The position numbers and the translations under genes are program-made. Positions 13,093-27,137 of a DNA stretch of 64,000 bases are shown one piece after another. The number at the start of each line of letters is the position of its first letter. Positions within the stretch are counted from its first letter, which is position 1. The stretch comes from an uncultured delta proteobacterium (GTDB lineage Bacteria; Myxococcota_A; Polyangia; Polyangiales; Polyangiaceae): NCBI GenBank assembly GCA_963806225.1, contig CAWDXG010000004.1, positions 2,592,001 through 2,656,000 on the forward strand. The letters run 5' to 3'. Below the pieces are notes generated by a model. It was not told the DNA's origin. It saw only the letters and a list, made by a program, of their open reading frames with translations, and did not search any database.

Positions 13093-13560
13093 TCAGAGCT
13101 TGCCCAGAGCCCGGATCACCAGCAAGGCCGCGACGCCTCCGAGCAACAGCAGGACGACGACGAGCCCGATGCCGAGCGGCGCGAAGCCCTTGCGGTCTTC
13201 CTCGACGAGCGCGAACAACAGACCCATCTCGCCCGAATCGAGCCAGAGCCCCCCGCACGCCGGGCACTTGTCCGCGACAACCCTCTGGTCGCCCCGCTGG
13301 AACGCGATCTTCCCCAGCCTCTGCTGGCAGCGGGGGCAGTCATACAGCGCACCTTCCCGCACCTCGGGCGCCGTGTTGGCGAGGTGATCGAGCGAGGCAG
13401 AAAGCTCCGCGGTGGTGGGTTGACCGCTGGCCCGGCGCGCGATCATGCGCTCGAGCTCGCCCCGGTCGAGCCAGAAGCCCTGACAGGCGGAGCACGTGTC
13501 GATGGCGGTCCCCGATTTCTGGAGCTGGTCCATCGCGCTCTGACAACGGGGGCACTGCAC
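13093..13560 (-). CDS. Double zf-TFIIB-type zinc-ribbon protein with C-terminal membrane anchor
   Basis: CPRC...CSACQGFWLDRGEL and CPRC...CPACGGLWLDSGEM, then a hydrophobic tail; GTG start at 13560. Confidence 0.78.
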   Translation of the reverse strand: MQCPRCQSAMDQLQKSGTAIDTCSACQGFWLDRGELERMIARRASGQPTTAELSASLDHLANTAPEVREGALYDCPRCQQRLGKIAFQRGDQRVVADKCPACGGLWLDSGEMGLLFALVEEDRKGFAPLGIGLVVVLLLLGGVAALLVIRALGKL

Positions 13561-13570
13561 GCTCGGCGAG

Positions 13571-13620
13571 TCTCGCCGAAGCCGGCGCGGGCGTGCAAGC
13601 CCGCGCCGGCTTCGGCGAGA
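13571..13620. repeat. Perfect 22-bp inverted repeat with 6-nt loop
   Basis: TCTCGCCGAAGCCGGCGCGGGC-GTGCAA-GCCCGCGCCGGCTTCGGCGAGA. Confidence 0.9.
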
Positions 13621-13656
13621 CCCGCGCCAGCGCGTCGCGACGAGCACTGCCAGCCG

Positions 13657-13849
13657 AATGACACGACCGTCAGTCGCGACCGACAGTTCGCCCCCTGCCG
13701 CGGCGCGTCAAGCTGTCGGGAATACTGGGCTATCGGGAGCGATTGTGTGGAAATTCATGCCGATTCATGCATTCCTGGCCTGCGGGCGGATAGCCGCGCG
13801 CTTGCCAAACATCAACGGACGGCGTAGCACACTGACGTCAGCGTCAGTG
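13657..13849. promoter_or_regulatory. Two putative operator boxes TGAC-N6-GTCAGT in a divergent promoter region
   Basis: AATGACACGACCGTCAGT at 13657-13674 and the palindrome CACTGACG-TCAG-CGTCAGTG at 13830-13849; a TTGCCA -35-like hexamer at 13802. Confidence 0.5.
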
Positions 13850-13905
13850 GATGTCCGGGGGACCACTCCTGGCCTGGAATGCACCGAAAGGGGCGTGAGC
13901 ACGCG

Positions 13906-17550
<3,645 letters not shown>

Positions 17551-17576
17551 CGACGGACAGCGAGAGCACGGAGGGA

Positions 17577-19422
<1,846 letters not shown>

Positions 19423-19445
19423 GCCGGGCAGAGCCTGCAGAGCAA

Positions 19446-19473
19446 GGTGGCGGGCGTGAACGCGCCCGCCACC
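19446..19473 (+). terminator. GC-rich stem-loop after the activase/reductase operon
   Basis: GGTGGCGGGCG-TGAACG-CGCCCGCCACC; no clear U-tract. Confidence 0.4.
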
Positions 19474-19538
19474 GTCATCTCGTGTCGACAAAGCGCGGCC
19501 GCGACAAGCCTGTCGGATCGGCCTATGCTCGGTGGACC

Positions 19539-21011
19539 GTGCTGCGACCCGTCCGCCATCTCGCGCTCCTGCTTGCCCTCGCCGCGGCGAGCGCGTGCGG
19601 CAGCAGCGGCTCGGGCACTGCTGGGCCGGGCGTAGCCGGCAACGCCAACGGGGGAAGCAGTACGGGCGGTGCGGCAGGCTGGAGCTCGTTCGACAGCGGC
19701 CTGGCCGGACAAGGTGGCAGCGGAGCAGGCGGCAGCGCGGGCAGCACGGGCGGCAGCGCGGGCAGCACGGGCGGCAGCGGTGCCAGTGCAGGCAGTGGCG
19801 GCAGCGGCACAGGCGGCAGCAGCACGGGCGGCGTGGACGCCGGGCCCCCACCCGATCCGTGCACCACCGCGGCGCCGTCGTGTCCGGCGGTGCCCTCGAG
19901 CACCAAGAAGGGCAAGGGGCTCATCCCGATCGATCGCTGCGCCTTCCCGCTGGACGAGACGAAGCAGTGGACGTCGCTGTCGCCACTGGTCGACGCGCTC
20001 GAAAAGAAGCTGCCCTCGGCCGGCCTTTCCGGCGTGCTCGGCGATCTGAACCGCAGCGTCGTGGTCACGAGCAGCGTGCCCGGCGGTCCTTCCGGCGTGG
20101 TGTTCGCATTCCACTGGGACTCGTCGGAGAACACCAAGGCGTGGTGGATCCCTCAGGGCATAACGGGCTCGGCCGACGCGAACGCGAGCGGCCTGGTCGA
20201 AGGCCGCCGCGTCGTGGTCGCGAGCTTCTACTACGACGCCGCCAAGGCTCCGGGCAGCAGCGGCGACAAGGGGGTCCGCATCGCGTTCGTGGACGTGACG
20301 AACGAGAGCGCGCCGAAGTACCGTTTCGCGCTTCTGGTGCAGCCGACCGGCACCACGAGCGCACCGGACTTTGCGGCCATCAAGATCCACGCCGGCGGCA
20401 TCGCCTGGGTCGGCAACTACCTGTACGTCGCCGACACCTTCAAGGGCTTCCGCGTGTTCGACACGCGCCGCATCTACCGCGTCGCAACCGGACAGAGCAG
20501 CGTCGGCTGTAGCGGCGGCACGTGCTACGCGGGCCTGTACAAGTACATCCTGCCCGAGGTCGGCTCGTACACGCACAGCTCGAAGTGCTCGCCGCGCTTC
20601 TCGTTCGTCTCGGCCGTGCGCGACCAGAGCGGCACCGGGCTGGTCTCCGGCGAGTACTGCAGCGGCAGCGCGTGCAGCGATCGGCTCGCCGGCAGGCTCC
20701 TGCGCTGGCCGCTCGATCCGGCGACGGGCCTGCCCGCCGCGGCACGCATCTGGCCGTCCGCCGCGTGGTTCGCCGCCGAGACGCAGCTCCAGGGCGCTGC
20801 AGAGAGCGGCCAGAGCATCTACATGTCATCGAGCGAGCCCGCCGCGGGCGCCGGCGCTCTGTTCAAGGACACGACCAGCAGCCACAAGAGCTTCGCCTGG
20901 GTCGACGCGCCCGAGGATCTGATGATCGATCCCGCGAGGAATCGCCTGTGGGGCCTCTCGGAAGCCGCGGGCGCCCGCTACGTGTTTGCCGCGAAGCTGT
21001 CGTCGTACTGA
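19539..21011 (+). CDS. Lipoprotein with Gly/Ser linker and putative secreted beta-propeller-like domain
   Basis: LALAAASAC lipobox; WWIPQGITGSADA and IHAGGIAWVGNYLYVADT motifs. Confidence 0.65.
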   Translation: MLRPVRHLALLLALAAASACGSSGSGTAGPGVAGNANGGSSTGGAAGWSSFDSGLAGQGGSGAGGSAGSTGGSAGSTGGSGASAGSGGSGTGGSSTGGVDAGPPPDPCTTAAPSCPAVPSSTKKGKGLIPIDRCAFPLDETKQWTSLSPLVDALEKKLPSAGLSGVLGDLNRSVVVTSSVPGGPSGVVFAFHWDSSENTKAWWIPQGITGSADANASGLVEGRRVVVASFYYDAAKAPGSSGDKGVRIAFVDVTNESAPKYRFALLVQPTGTTSAPDFAAIKIHAGGIAWVGNYLYVADTFKGFRVFDTRRIYRVATGQSSVGCSGGTCYAGLYKYILPEVGSYTHSSKCSPRFSFVSAVRDQSGTGLVSGEYCSGSACSDRLAGRLLRWPLDPATGLPAAARIWPSAAWFAAETQLQGAAESGQSIYMSSSEPAAGAGALFKDTTSSHKSFAWVDAPEDLMIDPARNRLWGLSEAAGARYVFAAKLSSY

Positions 21012-21077
21012 CGGGCCGATTCGAACGCCGCCGGGCCGGCGTGTATACTCCGCCCATGAAGAGAACGAGGCGGCGCC

Positions 21078-21461
21078 ATGTACGGTGAAATGGAGTCGTG
21101 CGGAGTGTGCGGCGGCGACGGCTACATCACGAATGCGCTGGGGGGCAGCAGCAAGCGCTGTCCGGCCTGCGGCGGGACGGGACGGCGCAACGAGGAGCCG
21201 CTGATCCGCGACGTGACCAAGACCAAGCCGTCGCACTACCAGCCGACGAACAAGAAAGTGAAACCGGAGAAGCAGACCTGGCCCTCGACGCACCAGGGCG
21301 ACGTGCTCGCCAAGGAAGTGAAGGCCGCCAGCTGTGACGACCAGATGAAGGAGCGGCTGGTCCGCGAGATCATCGACTATGAAGGCACGCACGGCACCTG
21401 CACGCAGACCTTCACCAAGAAGCTCCGCAAACAGCTGCGCGCGTACGCGCCAGCGAAATAG
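21078..21461 (+). CDS. Small protein with DnaJ-type CxxCxGxG zinc-finger repeats
   Basis: CGVCGGDG and CPACGGTG. Confidence 0.65.
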   Translation: MYGEMESCGVCGGDGYITNALGGSSKRCPACGGTGRRNEEPLIRDVTKTKPSHYQPTNKKVKPEKQTWPSTHQGDVLAKEVKAASCDDQMKERLVREIIDYEGTHGTCTQTFTKKLRKQLRAYAPAK

Positions 21462-21470
21462 GACGGACGG

Positions 21471-21919
21471 ATGGCCCGGCATCGCGTTGTGCAGTGGCTG
21501 ACCGCACTGGCGCTGGCCGGAGCTGCATTCGCGTCCTTGCCCGCGTGCAGATCGCGTACACCGAAGACCCGAGCGTGACCGACACCTCCACCCTCACGGT
21601 CACCGCCCAGCCGCCCTGCCCGAGCAACTACCCCACTGCGGATGGCACCGCGTGCAGCGAGGCGGGACGCACCTGCGAGACCGGCGACTGCACGAACAAG
21701 ACGTGTCTCTTCTCGTACGCAGAAGCGGGCTCCGCGCCGCCCACCTGCAGCGAGCTGCTCTGCCAGTCCGGCACGTGGCGCTACGTGAAGTTCTGGCTGG
21801 ATCCAGTCTGCGTTGACCCCGACGCCGGCGACGGCGGCAGCGCGGACGCCGGCAGCGACGCGGCGGACGCCAGCAACGGCGACGCCACCGCTTCGGACAG
21901 CGGCCAGGACGGCTCCTGA
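21471..21919 (+). CDS. Small Cys-rich lipoprotein; -1 frameshift at ~21548
   Basis: MARHRVVQWLTALALAGAAFASLPAC signal/lipobox in one frame; Cys-rich body and DAG-rich tail in the next frame. Confidence 0.55.
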
Positions 21920-22218
21920 CGCGGCGAAATCAAGCGAGCGAGCGCGCGACCCCGATCGCGCACAGGACCGCAACCACGACGAGCGCGATGACCGTCCGGC
22001 GCAGCGCGGCAGCGCGGCAGCGCGCTGCTCGCTGCGCAGCACTCCCTCGAGCTCGTAGGCCTGGCCCGCGGCGCGCTGCCACGCTCCCCTCAGATCGGAG
22101 GAGAGCAGGTTGGCGGCGTTGCAGAACAGGCAGCGCGCAGCCGGACCCGAGATGGCAAGGGGGGCACCCTCCGCGGGCCGGCTCGCGCCAGGCCGAATAG
22201 CTGGAGGCAACCCGGAGC

Positions 22219-22539
22219 TCAGCGAGGCGAGACCACGGAAACGCCCCGCTCGAACTCTTCCGGCGGCTCGCCCGGCGGGACCGCCTCCGGGTCGGGATGC
22301 CGGGCGTCGATTTGCGGACAGAGATAGCCGGTCACGACGAGATTGCCGGTGTCATCGAGACCCAGCATCGCGTCGCAAGGCGTGCCCGTGTTCGGGTCGG
22401 GCTCTGCACCCGTATTGACTGGTATGGCCGCACCGCTCACCGCGGTGTTGCTGTCGCCGGCGTCGGGGGCAACATCGAGCGCACACGCAGTGACTGCGCA
22501 ACCGACGACGACGGCTGCCATGAGATTCCTTGCGTCCAT
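22219..22539 (-). CDS. Hypothetical small lipoprotein
   Basis: MDARNLMAAVVVGCAVTAC; GGAGG-like RBS upstream. Confidence 0.5.
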   Translation of the reverse strand: MDARNLMAAVVVGCAVTACALDVAPDAGDSNTAVSGAAIPVNTGAEPDPNTGTPCDAMLGLDDTGNLVVTGYLCPQIDARHPDPEAVPPGEPPEEFERGVSVVSPR

Positions 22540-22763
22540 GTTCTTGCCTCCGCGGTGGAAGGGTGCATCAGCCGTGCCGCACACCATGACGTCCGCACGT
22601 CGGTGTCAGGCCCGCCCTGTGGTGGGAAAAGCGCTTCACGTCGCCCTGACGCGATGCAACGCGCGGCGGCGGACGTTGCAGGTTGCGAAAATTCCCGGAG
22701 CGCTTCGAATACCGCCCGGGTTCGAAGTGGATATCCGCACCGAAAGCTGGTTACGTTCCAGGA

Positions 22764-23549
22764 ATGACGGAATCGGTACTGAAGGTGGAGCGCGACGAAG
22801 GTGTCGCGCTGGTGACGCTGAACCGGCCGAAGGCGATGAACGCGCTGTCGCGCGAGCTCAGGGGCGAGCTCGCGAGCACGTTCGGGGAACTGCACAACGA
22901 TGACTCGATCCGCGTGGTGATCCTGACCGGAGCGGGCAAGGCATTCTGCGCGGGGCTCGACCTCAAGGAGCTCGCGGGGAGCGAGGCGGAGGCCGGACAG
23001 CTCGCGGGCGACGACGGGATCCGCGTCGTCACCGCCATGCGCAAGCTCGACAAGCCGATCATCGGCGCCATCAACGGCTTCGCGATCACGGGCGGGTTCG
23101 AGCTGGCGCTGGCATGCGACGTGCTTGTCTGTTCGAGCGACGCGAAGTTCGCCGACACGCACGCGCGCATCGGCATCATGCCGGGCTGGGGGCTGAGCCA
23201 GATCCTGTGCCGGGTGATCGGGCCGTACCGCGCGCGGGAGCTGTCGCTCACCGGCAACTTCCTCGACGCGGAAACGGCCGACCGCTGGGGCCTCGTCAAC
23301 CGCGTGGTGGCGCCCGAGGTGCTGATCCACACCTGCTTGGACCTGGCGCGCGACATGCTGTCGTGCGACCCCGTGCTGCAGCGCGAGTACAAGCGCAACA
23401 TCGACCAGGGCTGGGAGATGACCTACGCCGACGGCCGCCGCCTCGAATCCGCCCGCTTCCGCGCCCACGTGCAGACGCTGACCGCCAACGCCATCGCCGA
23501 GCGACGCGCTGAGGTGACGGAACGGGGGAGAGACCAGGGCGGGGGGTAG
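22764..23549 (+). CDS. Enoyl-CoA hydratase/isomerase (crotonase family)
   Basis: TLNRPKAMNAL, AFCAGLDL, NGFAITGGFELALACD, FADTHARIGIMPGWG. Confidence 0.92.
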   Translation: MTESVLKVERDEGVALVTLNRPKAMNALSRELRGELASTFGELHNDDSIRVVILTGAGKAFCAGLDLKELAGSEAEAGQLAGDDGIRVVTAMRKLDKPIIGAINGFAITGGFELALACDVLVCSSDAKFADTHARIGIMPGWGLSQILCRVIGPYRARELSLTGNFLDAETADRWGLVNRVVAPEVLIHTCLDLARDMLSCDPVLQREYKRNIDQGWEMTYADGRRLESARFRAHVQTLTANAIAERRAEVTERGRDQGGG

Positions 23550-23562
23550 GCGAAGCGCTGGC

Positions 23563-23928
23563 TCAGTTCCGCGTTTCCGAAAGCGCGTGCGGCGGAGCGC
23601 CCGGCCGCGACGCCAGAGCCCGCGTGGTCATGCCCGCGGCGAGCACGACGGATGCGGCGACGGCGAGCGCGAGCGGCCGCTCCCACCACGACCACGTCCG
23701 GTCGTCGAGGCCGAGCTCGCGGGCGACGGCGCGGCGCAGGCGCTCGCGCGTGGTACCCGACACGGGCGGAGCGTCCTCGCTCGTTTCCACAGCGCGCTTC
23801 AGCTCGACGTAGGCCCGCACGCAGCCGGCGCATTCGCACAGATGCGCTTCCACGCCGCAGCGCGCGTCATCATCGAGCGCGTTGAAGTGATAGGCGACGA
23901 GCTCGTGCTCGACTTCAGCACACATCAT
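23563..23928 (-). CDS. Zinc-binding anti-sigma factor (zf-HC2/ZAS) with one TM helix
   Basis: EAHLCECAGC (HxxxCxxC); overlaps the sigma-factor stop codon. Confidence 0.82.
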   Translation of the reverse strand: MMCAEVEHELVAYHFNALDDDARCGVEAHLCECAGCVRAYVELKRAVETSEDAPPVSGTTRERLRRAVARELGLDDRTWSWWERPLALAVAASVVLAAGMTTRALASRPGAPPHALSETRN

Positions 23929-24455
23929 TGTCCGACCTCGTGTCTCAAGCGTTTGACCATCTCGTGCACGCGCCACTTCACCGTTCCAACCGGGACCTCC
24001 AGAACCTGGGCGACCTCGTCGTAGGACATGCCCGAGCCGCGCAATCGGTACACCTCTGCGAGCTCCGCAGGCAGCCGGGCGACGGCTCGTTCGAGCGACG
24101 CGGCACGTTCGCGCTCTTCGATCTGCTCCTCGGCGTCGGGCGGCGCGACTGCCGCGATCGACTTCACGGCTTCCAGCGCGCGGCCCGCGCGCTTCTTTGA
24201 ACGAGCCTGGTTCAGACACAGGTTGCGCGCGATCGCGAACAGCCAGGCGCGGAAGCTCCGCACCCGCTCTGGCGCCCGGCGCTGGCGCAGCACCGTCATG
24301 AACGTCTCGTGAAGCAGATCCTCGGCCTCGACCCGGTCGCGAGTGTACGCATGGATGAAACCGGACAGCGGACGCTCGAAGCGCTCGTACAGCCGGTCGA
24401 AGGCGCCTAGATCGCCCGCGACGAGCTGTTCGAACAGTGCCTCGTCCGAGTCCAT
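23925..24455 (-). CDS. ECF sigma-70 factor
   Basis: AFDRLYERF, AEDLLHETF, FRAWLFAIARN, SYDEVAQVLEVPVGTVK. Confidence 0.92.
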   Translation of the reverse strand: MDSDEALFEQLVAGDLGAFDRLYERFERPLSGFIHAYTRDRVEAEDLLHETFMTVLRQRRAPERVRSFRAWLFAIARNLCLNQARSKKRAGRALEAVKSIAAVAPPDAEEQIEERERAASLERAVARLPAELAEVYRLRGSGMSYDEVAQVLEVPVGTVKWRVHEMVKRLRHEVGQ

Positions 24456-24457
24456 GG

Positions 24458-24814
24458 TCAGGCGGCGGCAGACGCCTTGCCGCTGCGCAGCGCGCCCACG
24501 GCGAAGATCAGGCTGGCCAGCACGACGAGGATGAGCGAAAGCACGATGTTGTGCAGCGATTCCTCGACGCCGAGCGCGAGGACGCCAAGCTGCCTGCCAG
24601 GGTCGACCTGGAAGATGTAGCGAGCCGAGAGACCGACTCCCAGCGCGGTACCGAGCAGCCCCAGCATGAAGGTCGTGATGCCGAGCGTTATCGCCAACCG
24701 CTGGTAGCGAGCTCGGGGGCGCAGCACGTACAGCACGCACACCGCCACCATCAGGAACCCGAAGACGGAGATGGGATACATCCCGAACCCGCCCGCCGCG
24801 AAGAAATCCTTCAT
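24458..24814 (-). CDS. Small 3-TM membrane protein, weakly MotA/TolQ/ExbB-like
   Basis: GGFGMYPI N-terminus and MLGLLGTALG helix; first gene of the ECF operon. Confidence 0.5.
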   Translation of the reverse strand: MKDFFAAGGFGMYPISVFGFLMVAVCVLYVLRPRARYQRLAITLGITTFMLGLLGTALGVGLSARYIFQVDPGRQLGVLALGVEESLHNIVLSLILVVLASLIFAVGALRSGKASAAA

Positions 24815-24921
24815 CCTGCCTCCTCTCATTGAAAGAAACCGCTGGCCGAAAAAGGTTGGAAGATTCCTGCAAAGAGCTGCCTCTTCTCGGCTGGCGCGCC
24901 GCGCGCTAGGCTCAGCTTCCC

Positions 24922-25383
24922 ATGAGCGCCCCCCAGCGTTGTGCCAACTGCGGAGCCATGATGACGCCGGGGTGGACCGGACGGGTGTATGCGTGTCCGT
25001 TCTGCGGGACGCAGGTGCAGGTCGCCATCGGGGCGGACCAGATCGCCGCGGGCATGGCGCTGGATCTGGCCAACATGGAGCAGTTTTTGGCGCAGCTGGC
25101 CAACACGCTGGCCGCGGGCTTTGCCGAGCACACGCGCATCGAGGCCAACGGGCGGGTGGTGATTTCGATCGAGATCGACCTGGAGCCGGACGTGTTCATC
25201 GCGAAGCGCGACGGGCCGCAGGTGCTCGCACAACACAAGCGGGTGGTGCGCGGCATCTCGCTGAAGACGGCGACGCTGCCGCTCGACCAGTGGGTGGGGA
25301 TGCTGACGCAGAGCCTGGCCCACCACGCCAACCAGAACGCGCGGGCAGCCTGGGTGCTGTCGCAGATCGGAGGGCCGCGATGA
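24922..25383 (+). CDS. Zn-ribbon hypothetical protein
   Basis: CANCGA...CPFCGT; stop overlaps the next start (ATGA). Confidence 0.7.
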   Translation: MSAPQRCANCGAMMTPGWTGRVYACPFCGTQVQVAIGADQIAAGMALDLANMEQFLAQLANTLAAGFAEHTRIEANGRVVISIEIDLEPDVFIAKRDGPQVLAQHKRVVRGISLKTATLPLDQWVGMLTQSLAHHANQNARAAWVLSQIGGPR

Positions 25384-26267
25384 CGCACCAGTTCCTGCCG
25401 GATCGGCCAATCGACGAGAACCTGAGCCGGCAGCAGGTCGAGGCCGGCGGACTGCCGCTGCGCGCCCAGCGCCGCCTCACCGAGGAGCGCGCGCAGGGCA
25501 GCGCGCTGTTCACCAGCACGCTCAGCCCCGCCGAGACGGTCGTTGCCGCGCAGGCCGGCTTCGCGCCGGTGAGCCAGGTGATGGGCTCGAGCATGTACCA
25601 CGTGGGGTTCCAGAGCACCTTCTGGGGATACCAGGGCGGCGAGCTCACCGCGCTCACCCAGGCCTACGAGCACGCGCGCTCGCGCGCCCTCGGCCGCATG
25701 CGCGCCGAGGCGCAGATGCTCGGCGCGCACGCAGTGGTCGATACGCGCTTCGAGGGGCGCGGCTACGACTGGGCGGACGACATGGTGGAGATCACCGCGA
25801 TCGGCACCGCGGTGCGCATCCGCGACCAGCCTCCGCCGCGGGAGCCGGCGCTGACGCTGCTGAAGATGGACGAGCTGGCGAAGCTGCACCACGCGGGCTA
25901 CGCGCCGATCGCGATCGCCATGGGCAACTGCTTCTGGTTCGAGCCCCACGCGGACTGCATGCAGGAAGGTTCATTCTTCTCCAGCGAGCTACCGACCCAC
26001 ACCCGGGCGAGCCTGCAGGCCCGACACCTGGCGGTGGAGCGCTTCCGCCATTTCGCGAAGCACTTCAACGCCGACGGCGTGGTGGGCGTGCGCGTCCACC
26101 GCAAGAGCAAAGAGCACGAGCACTCGGGCCACATACGCTTCCACACGGAGGTGATGTTGATGGGCACCGCGGTCGTCCGTCGCGGCGATGCTGCCCCCCC
26201 ACCCCGACCGCGCCTGGTCGTGGACGTGGCCGACCGCCCGCGCAAGCACGGCAGTCACACCTTCTAG
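25380..26267 (+). CDS. YbjQ/UPF0145-like (putative heavy-metal-binding) double-domain protein 1
   Basis: FTSTLS...VMGSSMYHVG...ARSRALGRMRAEAQMLGAHAVV...TAIGTAV, with a second degenerate copy (ADGVVGV...LMGTAV). Confidence 0.75.
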   Translation: MTHQFLPDRPIDENLSRQQVEAGGLPLRAQRRLTEERAQGSALFTSTLSPAETVVAAQAGFAPVSQVMGSSMYHVGFQSTFWGYQGGELTALTQAYEHARSRALGRMRAEAQMLGAHAVVDTRFEGRGYDWADDMVEITAIGTAVRIRDQPPPREPALTLLKMDELAKLHHAGYAPIAIAMGNCFWFEPHADCMQEGSFFSSELPTHTRASLQARHLAVERFRHFAKHFNADGVVGVRVHRKSKEHEHSGHIRFHTEVMLMGTAVVRRGDAAPPPRPRLVVDVADRPRKHGSHTF

Positions 26268-26302
26268 GCGCGCTTCAAGACCCAGCGGAAAGTGATGCTT
26301 CG

Positions 26303-27130
26303 ATGACCCAGAACCCGAACCCACAGCAGCGCCAGGCCCTCCCGCAGCACGCCATGGAGCGCATCGGCGCCATGCGAGGCGCCCAGGGGCAGCGCTTCTT
26401 CACCAGCGACCTGACGGTGAAGGAGTTCCTCCTGGTGCGCGAGAGCGGCTTCGAAGCCGCCGGGCTCGTGATGGGCTCGAGCATCTATCACGTGGGCTAC
26501 TCCAGCTCGAGCTACAACCAGAACCAGGAGCTCACGATACTCACACAGGCGATGTACTCCGCGCGCGAGCTGGCGATGGCGCGCATGGAGGAAGAGGCCA
26601 ACGCGCTTGGCGCCGACGGCGTGATCGGCGTGCGGCTCAAGGTCAACCGCCACGCCTGGGGCGAGAGCCTGGTGGAGTTCGTGGCCATCGGCACGGCCAT
26701 CTACGCGCGCGACGGCTCGAGCTGGCGCGCGCCGAACGGCATGCCCTTCACTAGCGATCTGTCGGGGCAGGACTTCTGGATGCTGCTCAAGAGCGGCTAC
26801 CGGCCGGTGTCGCTGGTGATGGGCAACTGCGTCTACCACGTGGCGCACCAGACGCTGGGTGGCTGGTTCAAGCGTATCGGACAGAACGTCGAGATGACGG
26901 AATTCACGCAGGGCCTGTACGACGCGCGCGAGCTGGCGATGGAGCGCATGCAGTACGAGGCGCAGGTCGACCGGGCGACGGGCGTGGTCGGGGCGGAGGT
27001 CTACGAGTGGAGCCACGGCAGCTGGGACTCGCATGTGCTGGAGTTCTTCGCCCTGGGCACGGCTGTCCTGCCCATCAACATGGCCGAGCCGCCGCCGACT
27101 CCCGAGCTGGTGATGAGCGTGGACTCGTGA
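26303..27130 (+). CDS. YbjQ/UPF0145-like double-domain protein 2
   Basis: FTSDL...ARELAMARMEEEANALGADGVIGV...AIGTAI pattern occurs twice. Confidence 0.82.
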   Translation: MTQNPNPQQRQALPQHAMERIGAMRGAQGQRFFTSDLTVKEFLLVRESGFEAAGLVMGSSIYHVGYSSSSYNQNQELTILTQAMYSARELAMARMEEEANALGADGVIGVRLKVNRHAWGESLVEFVAIGTAIYARDGSSWRAPNGMPFTSDLSGQDFWMLLKSGYRPVSLVMGNCVYHVAHQTLGGWFKRIGQNVEMTEFTQGLYDARELAMERMQYEAQVDRATGVVGAEVYEWSHGSWDSHVLEFFALGTAVLPINMAEPPPTPELVMSVDS

Positions 27131-27137
27131 GGGCGGC

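Noticed and set aside
21920..22210. Minus-strand stretch encoding ARCLFCNAANLL as a gene
   Set aside because: It may be a Zn-ribbon gene remnant, but there is no convincing start, RBS or family motif to support a call.
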